Below, piece after piece: positions 59,001-64,000 of a stretch of 64,000 nucleotides of DNA. Source of the DNA: a candidate division WOR-3 bacterium (GTDB lineage Bacteria > Hydrothermota > Tepidihabitantia > B3-TA06). Both the position numbers and the translations under genes were made by a program. The notes beneath the pieces are model-generated. The model did not search any database. It was given only the letters and a program-made list of their open reading frames with translations, and had not been told where the DNA came from. The stretch is from the NCBI GenBank assembly GCA_965649265.1, contig CBFGKC010000004.1, positions 122,590-186,589 of the forward strand, written 5' to 3'. Numbering within the stretch: position 1 is the first letter of the stretch; each line of letters begins with the position of its first letter.

Positions 59001-59461
59001 CCGCCGTCCAGGAACTCGCGTCCAAGCTGCGTCTCGCGACGGACGAGTACGGCTGGATTTCGGAAGCGCATCCCAAGCTGCGCGCGGTCGAAACGCTGAC
59101 AGGCGGCATATTCGTCGCGGGCGTGACGCAGTTTCCGAAGGATATTACCGATACGGTCTCGCAAGCCTCTGGTGCAGCCGGAAAGGTCCTTGCCATGCTT
59201 TCGAGAGAAACGCTCGAACGCGAGCCCTTAATCGCGGAAGTCGACCAGGATATCTGCACGGGCTGCGGCATATGCGAGGCTATTTGTCCGTACGAGGCGC
59301 CCAAGGTCGATCCGATCAAGAAAAAGGCGAAGGTCAACGAAGCCCTTTGCGAGGGCTGCGGCGCGTGTGCGGCGGCATGTCCGTCACACTCAGTGAGGCT
59401 GCGCAACGCCACGAGAACACAGCTTTTCGCCATGATAGACGAGGCAACGAGGAATTACTGA
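56081..59461 (+). CDS. hdrA: Large HdrA with an inserted GltD-like NAD(P)H module (HdrL-like)
   Basis: IGVFVCHCG, GGGVAG, TFPTLDC, CSRVCCMY; insert GRIC.HPC...C, GAGPGG, GGGNSAMD, YRR. Confidence 0.92.
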   Translation: MRKPRIGVFVCHCGLNIAGTVDVERLAEEARGIEGVVFAKSYIYMCSEPGQDLVVETIRNEHLDGIVVANCSPTLHEKTFRKTGQRAGLNPYRVEIANIREQVSWPHPKDKEQATRKALTVVRETVRKLALDRSLEPFQVPITHKALVIGGGVAGIQAALDIADGGHEVYLVEKRPTIGGNMLQLSETFPTLDCPQCIMTPKMTEAAQHPNIHLLTYSEVEEVSGYIGNFDVKIRRKSPYIDWSKCNGCSDCARVCPVEMKSEWDHGLSRRKAAYRPFAQAVPNRFTIDKSDQEAPCRAACPVHLNAHGYVAATSAKEYGQALSIIRDEASFPFAGIAGRICTHPCQQACSRSEVDSKPVTIKHIKRWLADWELREKGEAGMRVEIAKPSGQKVAIVGAGPGGLQAAVDLAKAGHDVTIFDAQDRPGGMLYSGIPSFRLPKDVLQKECELVFKLGVGYKPNTTIGKDIALKQLTKEFDAVYLSVGAYKEGKMNIPGEELEGVGGGVQFLGALNRGDKPKVGKRVAVVGGGNSAMDAARSALRMGAEVTVIYRRTEKEMPAIADEVKAASQEGVKFMLLANPVRFIGENGRLKSVEVIHMELGEPDSSGRRRPVPVEGSEEILEFDNVFLAVGEKPELSFITPDDGISLTSWGTIAVDGEILITSNPKVFAGGDCVTGPATFIDAAGAGRKAARSINLMLEGKDFASNRANELSRKSDLIGDKDLASSTILKHMPELSVEDRVSNFKEVELGYCEEDIVEQAKRCIHCGGCSECRLCEIACEPKAVAHSLKHWTEEVNVGAIVVATGFELMPLERMPEYGGGKFANVIDAMQFERILCASGPTAGEVRRPSDGKVPKKIAFIHCAGSRDPEHGVAYCSRVCCMYSIKQAMLYKHTVHDGDAYLFYIDIRSNGKRYEEFYARTMQEEHATFIRGKVSRLYEQNGVVTVYAEDTLTGQPVTLDADLVVVAPAMLPSTAVQELASKLRLATDEYGWISEAHPKLRAVETLTGGIFVAGVTQFPKDITDTVSQASGAAGKVLAMLSRETLEREPLIAEVDQDICTGCGICEAICPYEAPKVDPIKKKAKVNEALCEGCGACAAACPSHSVRLRNATRTQLFAMIDEATRNY

Positions 59462-62457
59462 TGGCTGGTCACAAGAAATTCGAAAAACACGTCGTCGTAC
59501 TCGGTGGCGGGGCTGCTGGAATAGCTTCGGCGCTCGCGCTTAACGACTTGGGATTCAAGGTCTCTCTAGTGGACAAGGGTTCCCATCTTCTCGGCACAAT
59601 CGGACAATTGGACAAGCAGTTTCCCAACGACGCATGCGGCTTTTGCCAGCTCAAATCGAGAGTGGAGCCTGGTTCCGCCGAACTCTGTCTGCGGAGGGAT
59701 CTGGGGGCGGAAGGTCTCGATATTTACAACCTCTCAACACTCTGGAGCGCTGAGAATAAGCCTGACGGCAGTCTTAAGCTTTCGTTCAATCAGGAGCCTT
59801 CGTTCATCAAACCCGAACTATGCGTGCGCTGCCGCAAATGCGAAGAGGTGTGTCCCGTTGAAGTTCCTGACGAGTTCAATCTTCTCGGAACCCGCAAGGC
59901 CGCCTATACCCGTTATCCTATGGCCGTTCCCTCCACCTGGGTAATCGATCAGGAGGCCTGCACACGCTGCGGTGAGTGTGTAAAGGCCTGTCCCACTGCG
60001 GCCATAGATCTCGACATGAAACCGATCGAGAGAACTCTTGAAGCCGATGCCGTGGTCATTTCAACAGGTTTCTCGCTCATAGATCCGTCCTACCTCACCG
60101 AATTCGGCGTACGGTTCCCGAACGTCGTGACGAGCCTTGAACTCGAAAGACTGCTTTCAAATTATGGTCCTACCCAGGGAGATCTGAAACGTCCTTCCGA
60201 CGGTATGACCCCGAAGCGTGTTGCTTTCATTTTCTGCGTTGGCTCCCGAGACAGGGTTCACCCTTACTGCTCGGCCGCCTGCTGCATGTACGGTGCAAAG
60301 GAGGCGCGGCTCTTGAAGGAGCGCTATCCCTCCAGCGAGATAACCATATTCTTCATGGACCGCCGTGACTTCGGTAAGCCTTACTATTCATATATGGAGG
60401 AGGTACCCGGAGACGTTCGCTGGGTTGCATCCAGGCCGGCAAAGGTCGAGGAAACGACGGGCAATAATCTTCTCGTTCGCTACGAATCCGAGGAAGGCAA
60501 AATCACAAAAGAAGAATTCGACCTTGTAACCCTCGTCGTCGGACAGGAGGGGAGGGGTGCCGATATCGCCGGTGTTTTCGGGCTCCAGACCGATCAGGGA
60601 TTCATCAAACTGAACAAGGGCTCCGATATAGCAACATCCAATCCCAGAATCTTCGTCGTCGGATCCTCCGGGGGACCTAAGGATCTGCCGGATTCGATTG
60701 CGGAAGCTCAAGCCGCTGCAGGCCGCATTGCATCAATTCTAGGCATCGGAAAAGCTGCTGTGAATGGTGCGAAATCTGTTGAAGATATTCCAAGTGTAGG
60801 CATCGTTTTCGACACAGTTGCAGAAAATGCCGCTTTCCCCGATCGGGATTCAATCAAGACTTTCTTTAAAGAGAAAGGAATCGAGACGAACTTTATCGAG
60901 TTTACTGAAACCCCCCGGGGGTTGGATGAACTCGAAGGCTTTATCAAAGAAAAGCAACTGACACGTCTGGTGCTTGCCGGTCCTTCTCCAAACAAGGCGG
61001 AACGGCTGGTCAAGGAGAGGGTAATGAGGCTCGGATGGCATCCGGCGCAGCTTGAGTATCTCGATTTCCGCGAGCCCTTAATATGGGGTTTCTCGGATAA
61101 ATCGAAAACCCAGAATGTCGCTCTCACATTAGCTCTTGCCCATGCCGAAAAACTCAGACTGCTGAGTTTTGACCTTAGAGAGCCTGTTCAACCGATAGGA
61201 AGTGCCGCGATAGTCGGGGCAGGCGCCGCGGGTCTGTGGGCTGCAAAGCTCCTCAAGGAATCGGGAATCCATGTCACCTTGATTGAAAAAACACAAAAGC
61301 CGGGCGGGCATGCCCTGAATATGGCAAGGACGCTGGAAGGATTCGATCCCAAGCCGTTCATCAAGGATTTGCTGGATGATGTCGGTAAATCCCCAAAGAT
61401 CGAGCTGCTTTTAAATACGGACCTGGTTTCGGTGGATGGGGAACTGGGGAAATTCTCCCTTAAACTTCGCAGGGGCGAAGAGGAGATCGTCCGTGGCGCA
61501 TCAGTCGTTTTCTTCACGACAGGTGCGTCCGAGTACGAACCGCAAAATAGCGAGTTTGGATGGGAGCTTGAGGGTGTCGTTGGTGAAAAAGATTTCTCAC
61601 AGGTTCTTGAAAGGGACGAGGCGGGCGCGTTAAAGTCGGTCGTCATGATTCAATGCGTGGGTTCACGTTCACAAGCTCATCCTTACTGCTCTCGGGTGTG
61701 CTGCAGAAGAGCGCTGTCAAATGCAATCCTTCTTAAAGAAAAAGATCCAAGGACAGAGATCACCATAATCGCTCGTGATGTAATGAGCTGGGGATTGTCC
61801 GAACTCTACTACACAAAGGCAAGGGAGATGGGTGTAAATTTCATTCGCTACAACAAGGATGCTCCGCCAGAGGTCTCAAGAAACGGTGAAGGACTCATTG
61901 TAAAAGTATATGACAGACTGCTCGATTCGACCGTCGAACTCAAGACAGACAGAGTCGTGCTGGCGCGTGGAATTCGACCTCAATTCCCCCGGATTTTCTT
62001 CAACGGCAATCTCCTTAAACCGGAAGTGTTCGGATTCTTTAAGGAGGCTAATCCGAAGTTCAGGCCGACGGAACTCGAAATGGACGGTTTGTTCGTCGCG
62101 GGTTTGGCAAAGGGACCAAAGCAAATCCCCGAGGCTCTAACCGAGGCTTCGGCAGCAGTGGCTAAGGCACTCGTTTTCCTCAGGCGTGAGAAGTTATCGC
62201 CGAAGTTTTATATCGCGCGTACTAACGAGCGCCGCTGCGCTTACTGCGGCATTTGCATCGAAGCATGCCCGAACAAGGCAAGGATTATGGATGACGATTT
62301 GGGAACGGCGCGAGTGATTGAAAGTATCTGCCAGGGATGCGGTTTGTGCGCTTCGGCATGTCCGTCGGAAGCGGCACATCTTACGACACTGGAAAGTGAT
62401 CAGACATTTAGAATGATTGACGTTTTACTCACCCAAAATGAAAGGGGTCGAGAATGA
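59461..62457 (+). CDS. hdrA: Second, internally duplicated HdrA-like flavoprotein
   Basis: Two FAD motifs (GGGAAG, GAGAAG); CVGSR twice; CSAACC and CSRVCC; ferredoxin motifs; start MAGHK at 59461. Confidence 0.88.
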   Translation: MAGHKKFEKHVVVLGGGAAGIASALALNDLGFKVSLVDKGSHLLGTIGQLDKQFPNDACGFCQLKSRVEPGSAELCLRRDLGAEGLDIYNLSTLWSAENKPDGSLKLSFNQEPSFIKPELCVRCRKCEEVCPVEVPDEFNLLGTRKAAYTRYPMAVPSTWVIDQEACTRCGECVKACPTAAIDLDMKPIERTLEADAVVISTGFSLIDPSYLTEFGVRFPNVVTSLELERLLSNYGPTQGDLKRPSDGMTPKRVAFIFCVGSRDRVHPYCSAACCMYGAKEARLLKERYPSSEITIFFMDRRDFGKPYYSYMEEVPGDVRWVASRPAKVEETTGNNLLVRYESEEGKITKEEFDLVTLVVGQEGRGADIAGVFGLQTDQGFIKLNKGSDIATSNPRIFVVGSSGGPKDLPDSIAEAQAAAGRIASILGIGKAAVNGAKSVEDIPSVGIVFDTVAENAAFPDRDSIKTFFKEKGIETNFIEFTETPRGLDELEGFIKEKQLTRLVLAGPSPNKAERLVKERVMRLGWHPAQLEYLDFREPLIWGFSDKSKTQNVALTLALAHAEKLRLLSFDLREPVQPIGSAAIVGAGAAGLWAAKLLKESGIHVTLIEKTQKPGGHALNMARTLEGFDPKPFIKDLLDDVGKSPKIELLLNTDLVSVDGELGKFSLKLRRGEEEIVRGASVVFFTTGASEYEPQNSEFGWELEGVVGEKDFSQVLERDEAGALKSVVMIQCVGSRSQAHPYCSRVCCRRALSNAILLKEKDPRTEITIIARDVMSWGLSELYYTKAREMGVNFIRYNKDAPPEVSRNGEGLIVKVYDRLLDSTVELKTDRVVLARGIRPQFPRIFFNGNLLKPEVFGFFKEANPKFRPTELEMDGLFVAGLAKGPKQIPEALTEASAAVAKALVFLRREKLSPKFYIARTNERRCAYCGICIEACPNKARIMDDDLGTARVIESICQGCGLCASACPSEAAHLTTLESDQTFRMIDVLLTQNERGRE

Positions 62458-62885
62458 ATGCTCAAATAAAATTTGAACCCAAGATTGTAGGTTTCTTTTG
62501 TAACTGGTGCACCTCGGCGGCGGCCGATCTTGCGGGTACCTCCCGGCTCGAATATCCCGCCAACGTCAGACCCATCCGGGTGATGTGCTCGGGTTCGGTC
62601 GACACAAGCTACATCATCAAGGCTCTCCTCGAAGGTGCAGACGGAGTGCTCATGGGCGGCTGTCATCCGGGCGACTGCCACTACGTCAACGGAAACTACA
62701 AAGCACGCCGCAGGGTGGCGCTTCTGAAGTCAATTATGTCCACCCTCGACCTCGAGCCCGATCGCGTCTGGCTCAGGTGGATCTCGGCGTCCGAGGGTGC
62801 GCGTTTCGCAAAAATCGTCACGAAGATGACCGAAGAACTCGAATCGAAGGGCCCTAATCCTATGGGGCGGACCTCGCAGACGTAG
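62454..62885 (+). CDS. mvhD: MvhD-type [2Fe-2S] subunit
   Basis: CNWC...ADLAG; RVMCSG; GCHPGDCHY; WISASEG. Confidence 0.93.
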   Translation: MNAQIKFEPKIVGFFCNWCTSAAADLAGTSRLEYPANVRPIRVMCSGSVDTSYIIKALLEGADGVLMGGCHPGDCHYVNGNYKARRRVALLKSIMSTLDLEPDRVWLRWISASEGARFAKIVTKMTEELESKGPNPMGRTSQT

Positions 62886-62893
62886 GAGCGGAG

Positions 62894-63991
62894 ATGATCG
62901 GAATCTACAAAAAGAACATGAATCCAGACGAGGCTGTAAGGGCTTTATTCGCTGAGCTGTTCGATTCAGGAGCCATCGATTTCGCCTTGCTTCCGGCGAG
63001 AAAAGCCGGGATGAATCAGATATTTCCCGCCCTCGTAGGGGAAAAGGATTCCCTGAACGAGGTTTATCCCCTTGCTCCGGTTATGCCGTTGTCGACCGCG
63101 GTGCAGCTTTCAAAGATCACTCGCTTCGCGTCGCCCCAAAAGAAGCTCGCAGTGCTACTTAAACCATGCGAGTCTCGCGCGGCGGTCGAGCTCGTAAAGC
63201 TTCGTCAGATCAATCTCGATAACGTCCTCCTTGTTACTCGTGACTGCCCTGGGACGGTAAAGCCTGATACTTTCGAATCGAAAATCAAGAGTACCGATCT
63301 ACCCGTATTCGGCGATTTCGAAGAGGAAGAGCTTCGACCTAATTGCCTGATGTGCGAGTATCCTGTTGCGCCTGTGTCTGATATCAACATCGGTACAATA
63401 GGAGTGGAAGGTGTGATACTTGAAGCTTGCTCTGAGAAAGGCGAGGAAGCGCTCAAGGGCATCAAATTCGAATCCGAACTTTCCGATCGCTCTGCACGCG
63501 ATAATGCGGTCACCTCCTTAAAAGAAAAACGCACCGCTTATGCGGAAAAAGCACTTGCCGACCTTCGTAAAGACGTCTCAGGTATTGACAGTCTTCTCAA
63601 GACTTTTGCGAAATGCGTCAACTGTCATAACTGCAGGACGATGTGCCCCGTGTGCTACTGCAACGAATGCTTCTTCGACTCGGCGACGTTCCATTTCGAA
63701 GGCCAGCGTTATGAGGAATGGACCGCCCGCAAAGGCTTGCTGCAGATGCCCCGTGACGAGATGCTTTTCCATATCGGACGTATGAATCACATAGGTCTTT
63801 CGTGCGTGGCCTGCGGCATGTGTGAACAGGCTTGCCCGCACGATATTCCTGTGGGTCAGGTTTTCACACTCATAAGCCGGACCGCACAGAAGGAGCTTGA
63901 TATTCACGCGGGTCTTTCGCTTTCCGATCCGCTTCCATCAGCAACTTACAGGGAAGAGGAGTTTTGTGATATGGGCGAGGAGAAAGCATGA
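62894..63991 (+). CDS. FdhB/FrhB-like 4Fe-4S subunit associated with Hdr-MvhD
   Basis: KPCE.RA..EL.K..Q; C..C.NCR..CP.CYC..C; CV.CG.CE.ACP. Confidence 0.85.
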   Translation: MIGIYKKNMNPDEAVRALFAELFDSGAIDFALLPARKAGMNQIFPALVGEKDSLNEVYPLAPVMPLSTAVQLSKITRFASPQKKLAVLLKPCESRAAVELVKLRQINLDNVLLVTRDCPGTVKPDTFESKIKSTDLPVFGDFEEEELRPNCLMCEYPVAPVSDINIGTIGVEGVILEACSEKGEEALKGIKFESELSDRSARDNAVTSLKEKRTAYAEKALADLRKDVSGIDSLLKTFAKCVNCHNCRTMCPVCYCNECFFDSATFHFEGQRYEEWTARKGLLQMPRDEMLFHIGRMNHIGLSCVACGMCEQACPHDIPVGQVFTLISRTAQKELDIHAGLSLSDPLPSATYREEEFCDMGEEKA

Positions 63992-64000
63992 AAACAAAAA

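Noticed and set aside
59272-59460. N-terminal extension of the second HdrA
   Set aside because: It overlaps the previous gene by about 190 nt; ATG 59461 has an SD and abuts the upstream stop.
54787-63991. Selenocysteine recoding in hdrA or mvhD
   Set aside because: All frames are open with Cys at the motif positions and no in-frame TGA.

Overview
Bacterial chromosomal window from a diderm anaerobe, inferred from outer-membrane barrel proteins, lipoproteins and an hdrCBA-hdrA-mvhD electron-bifurcation cluster. A candidate lineage such as WOR-3/TA06 is plausible but cannot be shown from this sequence. Most of the window is small accessory or housekeeping genes, an ars operon, tRNA-Pro(UGG), rdgB and manC. 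The most notable structure is a nine-member family of small secreted Trp/Gly-rich predicted beta-barrel proteins at two loci. The first is a seven-gene tandem array (23907-27510, minus strand) under a consensus sigma70 promoter. The second is a two-gene pair (14797-15916) under a perfect sigma54 -24/-12 promoter with palindromic enhancer-like sites, directly downstream of a giant Ser/Thr kinase-ATPase-TPR-GAF-sigma54 activator. Eight of the nine genes carry a full or truncated copy of a conserved upstream element (GTGT-W...AGGGYGAAAA), which links the two loci. Also notable: three lipoproteins with 2/1/0 stalk domains below a variable head; a near-universal 16-bp sigma70 spacer with many apparently leaderless genes; two REP-like repeat families; and a repeat-derived peptide insertion in RdgB. 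No integrase, transposase, reverse transcriptase or CRISPR array was seen. All family calls come from reading motifs by eye; no searches were run.
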